A program made the translations under genes and the position numbers. DNA of 64,000 bases from the human T2T-CHM13v2.0 reference genome, Homo sapiens: assembly GCF_009914755.1 (NCBI RefSeq), contig NC_060925.1; one strand, given 5' to 3'. Below are positions 21,333 through 45,209 of the stretch, in pieces. Within the stretch, counting starts at the first letter, position 1, and the number at the start of each line of letters is the position of its first letter. The notes beneath the pieces were generated by a model. The model saw nothing but the letters and a program-made list of their open reading frames with translations, did no database searches and was not told the DNA's origin.

Positions 21333-23191
21333 GTGAGTGAGAAAGGTGTATGCCCTTGGAGGCTGCCCAGGGAGCCCCCTTCAGCCCTGAGTCTGCAGGT
21401 CAAGGATCCTGGGGGTCCCTGGGAGTCTAGTCTTCTGCTTTCTCCTGTCCACCAGGGCAGGTCAGGACTGAGCCCTCCAGCTCCGCCACAGCAGTCCTTC
21501 TGCATGTGCCAAAATGTGACACCAGGGATCATGGCCTTGGGGATGTCTGCTGTTTATTTCCAAGTCAGTGGCACTAAGGAGCAGCCAGTCCCAGGGCACC
21601 CAATGCAGAGCATCCTGCTTGAGCTTTGGGGCTTCCAGGTAAGGACCAGGTCAACCTGGCCATCCCTCTGCCTGCAGGGAAGTCTCCCTTCCCTCCCCCG
21701 GAGCTCTCTCCCAAGAGTGGGACTCCCAGATGAAGTAGGGAGCATTCCTGGGCACAGAACCTTCTGCTTCCAGGGGTGTCTTTGCAGTCTACTTCCATCT
21801 CTCCTGCTTTGATGGGAGGCTTGTTAATTTCCTGAGTATGGGCGCTCTGTTGGGCTTTGTCTCAGTGGCTCCTGGACCTCCCGTAACTTGTGAGATCTGA
21901 GGACCTTGGGGGCCAGGAGTGCTTGATACTAGAAAGGGTGTCAGTGGGTGATGGAGGGAAGAGATTAGTGCCAGTTCTGGGTGACATCAACCCCCCAGGG
22001 GACAATTCCTATCCATTACACCAGGCACTGCTTTAGCTACTTACTGGGCTCTCGCTTTGACAAGCACCAGCGGAACTATGCCAACTTCACCAGCTGCTGT
22101 TCACACCACAACACATTCCACCTTCCCTAGAGTGAGTGGCCCCAGGGGCTAACTTGACATAGGCTAGAACCCCTGACACGCTCCCTTCCAGAGCACCAAC
22201 TCTGTGCCTCCTGTATCCACACGCCCCAGCCACGCCCCAGCTGCGCAATGAGGTGGCACAATGCTGTGGTTCCTCAGTCAGTGTCAGGTGTGGGGCCAGG
22301 ACCTCCCCCCGAATTGGGCTGTGTCCCCATCAGCCTGGAGACTGTCCCCTCACCGGCCAGGTGACTCAAGCTCCCTGGGAGTCAAGGCAATCTGGGAGTG
22401 GGGGCTCTCAGTGGTCCCCTAAGCCTTATCAGTATGAGAGGAGGGAACACAAAATTGTCCCTCTGAGACAGGAGGCCAGTTTGGCTTGGCATATGCTCAG
22501 GCCTGGAGTTCCTACCAGAGGAGCAAAAGAAGGAAGGGAGAAGGAAACACCACTTATTGAGCACTTACTGTGTGCCATATCCTGTCTAGACATTTACACA
22601 CATTCTCTCCCTGTGGTAGAATCACTCTGTTATATGGATAGAGAAACTGAGGCCAGAGAATTTCAGAGGCTTTCCCAAGGTTACGCAGCTAGTGCATGAG
22701 TGAAACAGCTGGGGCGTGGCCCAGGGTCTGTCTGAATTGACTAACATTGCCTCCTCTCCATAACCCTGAAATGGGCCTCTGGACAAATCCTGACTCCTCC
22801 ATCTACTGTCTGGATGACCTTGAACAAGCTGCATAAACTCTTTAAGTCTCAGTCTCCTCATCTGTAATATGGGTATATTAGTAAAAACCCATGTGATGTG
22901 ATGAATTGGGCTGACACATGTGAAGTGCCTGACATGTAAGTACACCGTCACTGTTAGACAATACTACCTTTGGAGCTCTCACGGAAGAGACATAGCCCTG
23001 CCCCCTGTTTGAGGAAAGATATAAAGCTGTGTTTTCGGGAACCCCCAGTCCGAAGGAGAGACCCCCTTGCTTAACATCACCAGGGCCGGGAGAAGGAGGA
23101 GGGCAGGATGGAGTGGACCACAAGCTAGAGAAAGGTGGTCTCTAGCACCAGGTTAATTTTGAAAGACTCTCCCGTACGGTCAATTTCATTG

Positions 23192-23194
<3 letters not shown>

Positions 23195-23240
<46 letters not shown>

Positions 23241-23533
23241 ATTTTTAAGACAGAGTCTCACTCTGTCTCCCAGGATGGAGTACAGTGGCGGGCACAATCT
23301 TGGCTCACTGCAACCTCCACCTCCCGGATTCAAGTGATTCTCCTGCCTCAGCCTCCCGAGCAGCTGGGATTACAGGTGCCGGCCACCACACCCAGGTAAT
23401 TTTTGTATTTTTAGTAGATATGGGGTTTCACCATGTTGGCCAGGCTGGTCTCAAGCTCCTGACCTCAAGTGATCTGCCTGCCTCAGCCTCCCAAAGTGCT
23501 GGGATTACAGGCGTGAGCCACTGCTCCCGGCCC
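23195..23533 (-). mobile_element. (CA)n followed by antisense AluS
   Basis: CA run 23195-23238, then Alu consensus. Confidence 0.9.
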
Positions 23534-23706
23534 ATTATCCCGATTCTACAAATGGGGAAACTGAGGTCCAGAGAAGTCCAAGAATATAGTGACTCAATGA
23601 GCAGGCCAAGGCCCCACACCAGGCACTCAGCCCCTCTGGCTCAGGGTGGGAGCAGATGTAATATGCTGGGTGCCCCTGTGCCCCCACCCCAAGATGTGTT
23701 CTGCAT

Positions 23707-23718
23707 GAAACTGAAACT
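23707..23718 (+). promoter_or_regulatory. consensus ISRE (intergenic)
   Basis: GAAACTGAAACT fits GAAANNGAAACT; AP-1 TGACTCA at 23590-23596; function untested. Confidence 0.5.
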
Positions 23719-24585
23719 CTTCAGCCTAGGTACACCACTGCGTGCCAGGGAACCCCAGGCCAGACTTCATGGAACACAGCAAGGACCTGACCCTCAGCCT
23801 CTTGGATCACTCCTGCCACTGGCATGGGAGGAGCCATAGCAGCAAGGAGTACCTGGAGCTGCACAGGGAGAACTTCCTCCTCATCCTCAGGTGGGCCAGG
23901 GCTGGCTCCCACACAGGGCATAGCACCTTTGACTTTGCCATCTGCCCTCTTCTGCATCCTCACGGCCACCCTGCCACCTGATGAGATCATCCCCAACCCC
24001 ACTATTCAGAGGAGGAAACTGAGTTTCAGAGTGGCAGGAGGCTTGCCCAAGGTCATACCGGGAGAATTCAGCAGAGGCAAGATTGGAAAGCAGGCTAGCT
24101 GGCTCAACTCCAAGTCTTTAGTCCTGCCCTGCCTTATTTTTAGGCCTGAGTCCCCATCTCAACTCCTGCATTCTCCCTGGCAGAACTAAAGAGGGTGTGC
24201 CTTCCCTAAGGTCACCCAGCCGAGCAGCAGGCAGGTGGGCTCCCAGCCCCACCTTGTCCCCCAAATACTCTGTTGTTTGGACTTTTTTTTTTTAAGAGAC
24301 AAGGTCTTACTCTGTCGCCCAAGCTGGAGCGTAATGGCATGATCCTAGCTCACTGCAGCCTCAAACCTCTGAGTTCAGATGATCTTCCTGCCTCAGTCTC
24401 CTGAGTAGCTAAGACTACAGCTGTGCACAACCATATGCGGCTAATTTTTAATTTTTTTGTACAGACAGGGTCTTGCTGTGCTGCCCAGGCTGGCCTTGAA
24501 CTCCTGGCTTCAAGCAATCCTCCCACCTTGGCCTCTCAATGTATTAGGATTACAGGTGTGAGCTTGGCCTGCACTTTATTCATAA

Positions 24586-25254
<669 letters not shown>

Positions 25255-26807
25255 AAAAATAACATGTTTATTGAATATTTTTAATGAGCCAAGGATATGC
25301 TAAGGGTTTTATATACATGAGCTCATTTAATCTTCACAATGACCATGTAAGTACTATTATCTCATTTTATAGACAGAGAAAGCAAGACTTAGAGAAGATA
25401 AGAGCTGGGTGCCTAGCACATAGTTGGTGCTTCTGATTCTTATTCTGAGCTGACTGACTAAATGGATGGATAAATTAAGAAGGGAGAGGTGGGAGTGAGG
25501 TGGTCAAGGTTAAGGTGCCAACCTCACCTCTCATCTGGGTTCAGTCATGCCCACAACCATGTCCACCATCTTGTCCCTGGCTCCCAACCACCTGATGGGC
25601 CACAGTCCTGGGGAGCTGGCTGCCCTGCAGGGTGTGCTGAAATCCTCTAAGATGAATAAAGAGAAACCTTTCCTGCCAAGCAGCTGACAAGAGTTGCTCT
25701 GCCTGAGAATTGAGACTGCAGACTCCGTGGGGAGGGTTCACCTCCAAACCCTTAACAACTACCAAAATATTACAGGAAAAAATTAGCCCAGCTGCTTTCT
25801 CAGAAGCCCTAGGGAAATAAAGGAAACTCATTCTTTATTGCAGCAAGAATGATTTCGGTTAGACTGCAGAAGGAACTGACAGAGAAACAGAACAAACCAG
25901 AGGGGGAATTCCTTATCAGAGTCAGGAAATGATACGTGTGGGCCCTGTAGGCAGCTTCATAGGGTGAGCCTTGGAAAAGGAGGGAGGCTGAGTGAGTAGG
26001 AACCATGGTTCCCATAGTTCCTGCACAGGGGAACCATTGTGTAATGGAGAAGTCATGTCATATCCCCCCCGCCCGTCAACAGCCAAATGAAAAGGCCACG
26101 TGGAAAGAAGAGAGGGAGGGCACCCTGAGACAAGGAGCCCATGTGGTCACATGGGAGGTATTCCTGGAGGGGCAGGGGTGAGAGGAGTGTGAAGGTGTCC
26201 CAGGGAAGGAGAAGGAAGTCACATTTATCAAACCCCTGCTGTGAGCCAGGACCATGCTAAGCACTTTACATCTGGTGTCACATTTCATCCATTCATTCAA
26301 CAAATATTTACTGAATGTGCCAGGCCCTGTGCTAGGGCCTGAGGAGAGGGCTGTGAACAAGGCAGCTCCAGTCCCCTCCCCTCTTGGAACTTAGAAGTGG
26401 AGGAGACAATCAACAGATGTGTGACATCACTGGTGAGACTCGCTTTGAAGAGAAGCAAAGAAAGGAAGGGGCTAGAACGTCTTGGCAATCAGGGGTCAGG
26501 GCTGTGTAAAAGAATTTTTTTTTATTTTTGTATTTTTTAGGTGAAAGAAGGCCTCTTTGCAGAGGTGACATTTAGCAGTGACCTGAATAAAGTGAGGGAA
26601 CTGTGAGTGCAAAGGTCCCAAGGCGAGAGTCTGCCTGGGGGCCGGTGTGGCTGGAAGACAGTGAGCGAGGGGAGATGAACTGAGAGCTGTTCAGCAAGGA
26701 TGTGCTCACGCTGGTGGGCCTTCTCCGCTACAGGAAGGATATTTGGTTTTATTATCAATGTGATGGGAAACCACTGGAAGGTTTCTGAGCAGGAGAGTAA
26801 TATGGTT

Positions 26808-30185
<3,378 letters not shown>

Positions 30186-30379
30186 GTTGTTTTAATTTTT
30201 GAGGCTTTAAATATTGTTATCTAACAGTAGTCAGTGAGTGTTGCCTTTTTTTTTTTTTTCCAGAATTTTTCTGGCATTCTTTTTCTTTCTCTCTCTTCTG
30301 TCCTTTTTTTGTTTGTTTTTGGGGGTGGGGAACCTCAGGAGACCTCATGGGATTTATGCCTTTGCAGGAAAAAGAAAAT

Positions 30380-30870
30380 CAATAATTACATGTTATTTGG
30401 TAGTGGCTAAGAAAAAAAATAAAGCAGGTAAAAGAGCAGAAGGCAACTAAGGGGTAATATTTAGATAGGCAGCCAGGGAAGTCCCCTGGATGAGGGGGAG
30501 ATACCTGAGTGAAGGATGGGAGACCACGTGGCTACCTGGGGGAAGACATGCCTGGCAGGACCAAGGGCAAATGCAGAGGCCTGAGGCAGGAGCACGCCTG
30601 GCATGCTGAAAAACAGCAAGGCGGCCAGTGCAGCTGGAAGGGAGTGATCAGAGCAGAGAGTGGGAGGCAGTGAGGTAGATCACGCAGGGCCTTGTAGGTC
30701 ACAGCAAGGACATTGGCTTTTCCTCTGACACCAGGAGCCATGGGGGGGGCGAGGGGGTTGAGCAGAAGAGTGACATGTTCTGACCTCCGTTTTAACAGGA
30801 TCACTCAGGCTACTGCGTGGAGTGCAGACTGCAGGGGTGAGGGTAGCGGCAGGGAGGGCAATAGGATTTG
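30380..30870. mobile_element. L2 LINE fragment
   Basis: gaggcctgaggcaggagcacgcctggcatg...ttttaacaggatcactc typical of L2a. Confidence 0.65.
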
Positions 30871-32468
30871 GGATGGGTGAATAAATTGTAACTTGGTTTC
30901 CTTGTCCATTTTCCCCCATCAAACTGTGAGCTTTGCAAGGACAGGCCCTGAGCTTATTCAGCTCTATGAGCCAAGTGCCAGGCCCAGAGTAGGCGCGGAT
31001 AAACACTGTGTGAGGAAGAAGGGTGGGAAGACAGAGGAGGAGACAGGAGGCAGGAGAGGCAGAGCCCCCTGGGAAATGGCTCTGCAAAGGCCACAGAAAG
31101 AAGAGGAAGCAGACATGATGACAGAGCCTGTTCCCCAGCAGGAACCAAGGCCAGGAAGGGCTGAAGCTGGGAAGCTGGGCCCCCAACCCCGGATCTGTGG
31201 CCCCCATCAACAATCAGGTTATGTGCAGTTTATGCTGGAGTTCTGCCAACAAAAGGACCCTGGCCGGGGGGGTGGGGTGGGGATCTGTTCCTCAAGGTGA
31301 AGGTGCAAAGGTGAGGTGGCCTGGCAGAGAGGAGAGCAGCTTTCCTGAATCCTTGCACACAGAGGCCCTGAGAAAGGATAATTCACCCCCTTTATAGATG
31401 GTAAGTTGAGGCTCCATGAAAGAAACAGACCTAAGTGATACAGCAAATAGGTGGCCTGGCCTAGTTTCAGGGGCTTGGCCTCTCCAAAACACCTCCTTGG
31501 CCACTACCTAATTTGGTCGGGGTCCCCTGCAGTTTTAGGGAGTGACTAAATACAGAAGGAAGGGATGACTCCTGTTATTCAGCCAGCTCTTAGCTGCTGC
31601 CAAAGCACAGCTGGTGAGTCCTCACTGTGGGCGGGACCCAGCTTGGGGAACAAAAGCCACAGGACACTTCAGGACCTCATGAGGCTTAGGAAAGAATTGG
31701 CCTGGAAGTAGGGCAGATAGACAAGAGGCACCAAGCTGAGGGGCAGAGGAAAGAGGTCAGGCTTTGAAGTTAGGCCTGGCTTTGCCACTATCTTGCTGTG
31801 TTATCTTAGGTAACTAGCACCTCAGTTTGCGCATCTGTAAAATGGGAACGACAAGTCCTGCTTTATAGGGCTGGCATGGGGGTTTGAAAGGGGCAACAGA
31901 AGTCCAGTGCTACCTGAAAGTGCTTCCTTCTTAGCTTCCCCGCTCCCAGACTGGGGACCTGCTATCCCTGTCTTCAGCAGATGCTGGTTGGCTGCTCCTG
32001 AGCAAAGGGGAAATGGGCTGCGATGGCGGCTCAAGTCCCAGGCCTACAAATGGGTACAGGCTGTGGGGGATCTGGCCAGTGCTGACACCTAGGGGCTCTT
32101 TCAGGATTAGGTGAGCTTGCACATGCCCTCAGGACAGTTGAGTAGGTCTTGGCTCTGCACCAACTACCTCAGGCAAGGTAATCACTCTCTCTGGGCCTCA
32201 GCTCCAGGGAATCTCTTCGGCAATGGTTGGGGGTGGGCAGGAATTAGAGGTCTTCTAATTGCAAACGGAGTGGGCTGCTTCAAGAGTAGTGAGCTCCCTG
32301 CCTCTGGAGGTATGTAAGCAGGGACTGGACAAGCACTGGGTAGAGATTCACTCACTCATTAATTCAATAAACTCCTACTGAGATTCCATTTTGGGCCAGG
32401 GCCTGTGGCCATCATTGTCATTAGGAGATATAGTGACAAGGCATCTTTACTCTCCTGTAACTTACATC

Positions 32469-33867
<1,399 letters not shown>

Positions 33868-35076
33868 TAAACTGAGATTTTTTTTTTTTGAAGGATAAAT
33901 ACAAGTTAAATAGGGAAGGGAAGAGTGTTTAGGTCTGAGAGAAAAACAGGTGCAAAGGCTCAGAGGCGAGAGAGACATGTATTTTCAAGCAGCTGAAAGT
34001 TCAACGTGGGCAGAGGGAAGGAGGCAAGGAGGGGAGTGGCTGCGCTGAGTGAGGTCAGCAGTCACTCACCAGTCCTCAGCTGAACTGAGACCCACCTTAG
34101 GGGTCAGGATCCATCCTCTTCCATGATGATCAGGGATGAGGAGTTAGCCAGGTAAAAGGTGTGAGGGGATGGCTCAGGGAAGAAGTGATCCCAGCAGAGG
34201 TTTGTGTCACTGGGAGAGAGGAAAGACAGCTGAAAGTTGAGTCTGGCTATAGCCTGCCTGGGGGCTTGGCTGAGAAGAGAGACCTTGGTATTGTGGCCTG
34301 TGGGTCTTGCCAAGTGGCCTGAGGGCCATACGGAGCCTCTGAATGGTTTTGTGCAGGGGAGTGACTCAACCTTGGTAGGAACATGCAGGAAGGTTGTCCT
34401 GGGATGCCCTTTAAGGTCTCAGCAGACTGAAACCTCAAAGAGCCTCTGGGGAGCCCAGCCATCTTAGGCACAACCTCATTCGAGCCATCAGGGAGGATGA
34501 GAAAACTCACTTGTCAGAGGAACCTTAGAGAAGTCAAGAGACAAGGCTGGAGGGCCCTGAGCTGGGGGGTGGGGAGCATGGGGAAAGAAGAGGGTGAGGG
34601 CTCAGAAAGGCAAGAGCCCCGACACCAGGAGGCGGTGCCTGCTCTTAGCTTGCCACGGACTCCATGATTCAAGAAGGCCTGGCCCCCAGGACCCTGGGAC
34701 TAGAAAGGCAATTGACTCATCCTAGGATGGGGGAAGCCTGGCCCCGGAGGTTAAGTGAAATTGCTCTAAGACACAGAGCACATCAGCGGCAGGATCAGGA
34801 AGAAACTAGTAACCCTGGAGCACCTAGCACCAGCACCCCTAGTGCAGGGTACTTCATACCTCGCATCATCTAACGCAGGTGTCGCTTCATTTTACAGATA
34901 AGCGGACTAACGTCCACAAGTCATGGACTCCTGTTCTGGGTCACACAGAGTTAGGGCTAAGAAACCAGGTCTGCAGGCGCCTAGTTTCCCGCAGTTCTTC
35001 TGGGTCTGAGTTTGGGGTGGTGGGGAAGAGGCGAGCGTGTCAAGGAGGGTGAGAGGGAGGGTGGGGCTGTGTTTCT

Positions 35077-35570
35077 GGGACTTTCCTCGCTGAGGTCAGA
35101 GGCACCGAAATAGACGCGCTGCAGCGAGCGCCCGGAGGCCCGGTCACACCCTGTGCCCGGCCCGCCGCGGGGAGCGGTCCAGCCGCAGCGCACGAGCCCT
35201 CCGCCGTCCCACTGCCCCCCGGAACCGCGCGAGCCTCGCAAACCGCTCGGCGCCCAGTCTCCACCTCGCCGGCTTCATGAACGTGCCCCGGGAGACCCCG
35301 ACGCCCTGAAGCCGGCGCGGCCGCCCCACCGCCCCACCGCCCCACCGCCCCACCGCCGTCTGCGCGAACGCCGGGCCTCCCCCTCCGCCCATCGCTGCCA
35401 CCATCTCTACTCCGACGGCTGCGGCGGTGGGTGTGGCCACCGCGCTTGCCAATCAGGAAGTGAGGGCCGGCTCCGGACGCGCCCCGCTGTTACGTCACTC
35501 CGACGGCCCCGGATGCCCCGCCCAGTGGCCTTGCCTGGGAAAGGCGACTGGGGCACCGGTGGGTGCGGAC
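35077..35570. promoter_or_regulatory. orphan CpG island with promoter motifs
   Basis: CpG-dense; NF-kB GGGACTTTCC 35077-35086; (CCGCCCCA)4 35321-35352; CCAAT plus CAGGAAGT ETS at about 35449-35461; CRE-like TTACGTCA 35490-35497. Confidence 0.8.
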
Positions 35571-35629
35571 CCTCAAAGGGTGAAAATAATTCCCGTGTGA
35601 ATTGCGCGCATTATAACTGCTCTAAGAAA

Positions 35630-38050
<2,421 letters not shown>

Positions 38051-38639
38051 TCATGGGGCCTTCCTGGGACCCCTTTTCCGCCCGCTAAGCCAGGAAGCCT
38101 ATGCTCCCTCATCTTCCACCCCTCCCCCAGCCATCTGCTTAAAGGAAGTGGCTCCTCTGTTCTTCACAGGAAGCCACAGGCCTCCCCTGCCTCGGCAGCC
38201 TCCAGCTACTGTTGCCCCAGACCCTCGGCTGGCCCAGACCCCCCTTTCCAGGCAGAATCTAGTGATGCCCAGTTCCCAGCATCCCCCTCTGCTGCCCAGC
38301 CAAGAAGTGCGTGTGGTGTGCTCCTCTCGTTAACTTTCATCCTTGTGACTTGGGTCTGGGAGCGCAGGCAGTGAGCCTGGAGGTGAGACCTGACTACAGG
38401 AGTTTGGAGATCCCCAGGTTGTAGGACTGAGGACTTGAAGGGAAGAGGAGGTGGGCCCTGGAGGGATTCTCTGATGGACCACTCTTGTGAGCTTCAGTAG
38501 CTCCTGCTGCTGAGCAGGGGCGAGGTCTATTCATTTCCGTCTCTATTTAACCCTGGTGAGGCCTGCCCCAGAGAGGGCTGTTGGTAATCGTGGAGCTGCT
38601 AAAGGCTGATGAGGGCTGATGGATTCCAAGATAGGACTG

Positions 38640-38658
38640 TACTGCCACCTGGTGGTCA
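38640..38658 (-). promoter_or_regulatory. CTCF motif
   Basis: Minus strand TGACCACCAGGTGGCAGTA, a close match to the CTCF core CCACCAG(G/A)(G/T)GGC(A/G)G. Confidence 0.7.
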
Positions 38659-38799
38659 GATCCGCACATAGCACCATGAAATTGTGAGAGCCCCTGCCGG
38701 GAGAGTGGTGATTCAAGGGTATGGGGGACCTGGAAGGCCCTTAAAGAACAAGGAAATCCCTAAAGTATTTTATTTAAGAGCAAGACGCTCCTAACTTGA

Positions 38800-40125
<1,326 letters not shown>

Positions 40126-41389
40126 TTAAAAGTGTGTTGAGCATCTCTCGACTCGCGATGGTGAATTCTGGTGTGTGTTCACCCTTCTGCCACAGGCTTT
40201 GCAGATAGGATGATTGTGGTCCCTGGCAAGGATTGTGGTCCCTGGCAAGGGTGAGGGTGGGTGAAAGGAGATGGGGGCGGGGAGGTGGTGACAGGGAAGG
40301 AAAAGGTGGGGTCCTCATTTGTGCATCGTGAGCCTCAAGTAGGTAGGAACTGGGTCCCATCCGCTGTGGTGTCCTTTGCCCCTGCCATCACTTACAGAAT
40401 GAAGGCAAGGAGTTATCCTGCGCAGGCCGGTCCCAAGGGATCCTGGGGAAGGTGGAGTCTCCCATAAAGAACTGGTCATTTCCAGTGTCATTCAGCCTGA
40501 GGACTGCTGAGGCCTCAGATCTAAAATCCTGGGGCAGGGCTGCCCATCTCTCTGGCCTTGATGTTGTCCAAGGGAATAAGTGGAGGGGGCTTCTTCTAAG
40601 GGCAGAGACCCTAGTTTGGTGCCAACTTTGGAAGAAAGGAAGAATATGGTCTGTGAGCCCCAGAGAGTAAACCCTGACTCCAAAGTCAGATGAGCTAATT
40701 CCTGGTTGTCACTTGGCTGTTCCCTCTTTGTTTTATGCAAGTCCTTCATCAATCATAACTGACATTTACGGAATGCTTCCTATGTGCTTGGGTTGTCTTC
40801 TCCTTCCTATTCAGAAGGGCTGTGAATTCCATATGCAAACTGTTCTCCCTATCCCCAGAGTCCTATGAGGAAAGGGGGACCTTGCCGAGCCCTCGAAAAG
40901 CTGCTGTTACGCCCTTTCCCCAGAGCGAAGGGCTGGCCTTTATTCTCCATCTGAGGGTGATCACTAGCGCTTCTTGAGAGAACGGAGACCTGGCTTCTCC
41001 ATCTCTGCCTAATCAGAGAAGTACCTGGAAGCTTCTCTCAGTGAGAACAAACTGAGTTCTGCCTCCCCAAGCACCCTGTGGAATCGAGCCTGTCCATTTA
41101 TACAGGAGGACCTGCTAGGCAGGAGTCCAGAGGAGGGGATGTCTGAACTGAGTCTGGAAGGATGGAAGGGAGTTTTTCAGGCAGATGAGCTTCTGAAGGC
41201 ATCCAGGTAGAGACCAACATGTGCTAAGGCCCAGAAACAAAATCAACTGGTTGTGTTCCAGGAGCTGTGGTTGACTCGAGGGGAAAATGGGAATGGGGGT
41301 GTGTGGATGGTGCAGGCCAGAGCCAGATTGTTTTGGGCTTCTCACTGCAAACATGATTGACAGCAGGACAAAGTGTTTTCTGGGTGAAG

Positions 41390-41395
41390 TTTATT
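41390..41395 (-). terminator. IFI6: IFI6 polyadenylation signal AATAAA (cleavage about 41372)
   Basis: tttatt on + strand about 300 nt past the stop, followed on the minus strand by a GU/U-rich tract. Confidence 0.85.
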
Positions 41396-41451
41396 CTGTT
41401 TTCACATCTAGGTTGTTGGGGAGAGTGATAGACAAAGTTCTGGATTCTGGG

Positions 41452-41625
41452 CATCGTCGGCGCATGCTTGTAATCCTACTTGGGAGGTTGAGACAGGAGG
41501 ATCACTTGAGGCTAGGAGTTGGAGGCTGCAGTGTACTATGTTCGCATCTGTGAATAGCCACTGCACTCTAGCCTGGACAATATAGTGAGAACCCATCTCA
41601 AAAAAAAAAAAAAAAAAAAAAAAAG
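41452..41625 (+). mobile_element. FLAM/Alu monomer, antisense within the IFI6 3'UTR
   Basis: Single 7SL-derived monomer with a long A tail, between stop and polyA signal. Confidence 0.85.
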
Positions 41626-41692
41626 GCAAAGTTCTAGATCCTAACTGGAAGAGTTAGGCCAAGAAGGAAGAAGAGGTTCTGGGAGCTGCTGG

Positions 41693-44597
<2,905 letters not shown>

Positions 44598-44769
44598 GGT
44601 GGCGCCGCGCGCGGGCTCCGTCACTAGACCTGCGAACGGGCGAGAGGGAGATGGTCCCCGGAGCATTTTTGGAGCTCATCAGCTCCGTTGTTTTCCCTTC
44701 CAGTTCCAACTGAATCAGTAAAAAGCAGCGAGGTGTGGTGAATGGAACCCAGGATCCCTCTCAGGAGCC

Positions 44770-44869
44770 TCGGGAATCCGTTTCCTCTCCGCATCAGTGG
44801 CAGAGATGTCCCTGCCCCAACCGGTGGGTGTGCGGATTCTGTGCGGATTCGCACGGTGTTTGGCACGTG
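44770..44869 (+). ncRNA. possible first exon of an antisense lncRNA in IFI6 intron 1
   Basis: CpG-rich patch ending in + strand donor GTG|GTAAGC at 44869/44870; I recall an annotated IFI6-antisense lncRNA starting in intron 1. Confidence 0.4.
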
Positions 44870-45209
44870 GTAAGCTCCGCAGATGTCAATATCATGACTG
44901 TGGTTGTTCTTGGCCTTGTACCCAAGTGACCTTGGGCAGGATACTAGGGTACTTTGCTTCTCTGGGCTTCAGTTTGTTTATTTCTAAAATTGGGGTATTA
45001 ATAGAGTCTATTTCAGAGGGTACTTGTTAATTTAATAACTGTTCCACGCTGTATCCCCGGCACTTTGAACAGTGCCTGACGCATAGAATTTGCTTTAAAA
45101 AAATTTTTAAGACAAACTCATTCTTACAATGCATTGAATATCTACTGGCACCAAACGTTGGCCTCACATCAACTTAATTTTTTTTTCAGAAAGAAAGCAC
45201 AGAAGGGTG

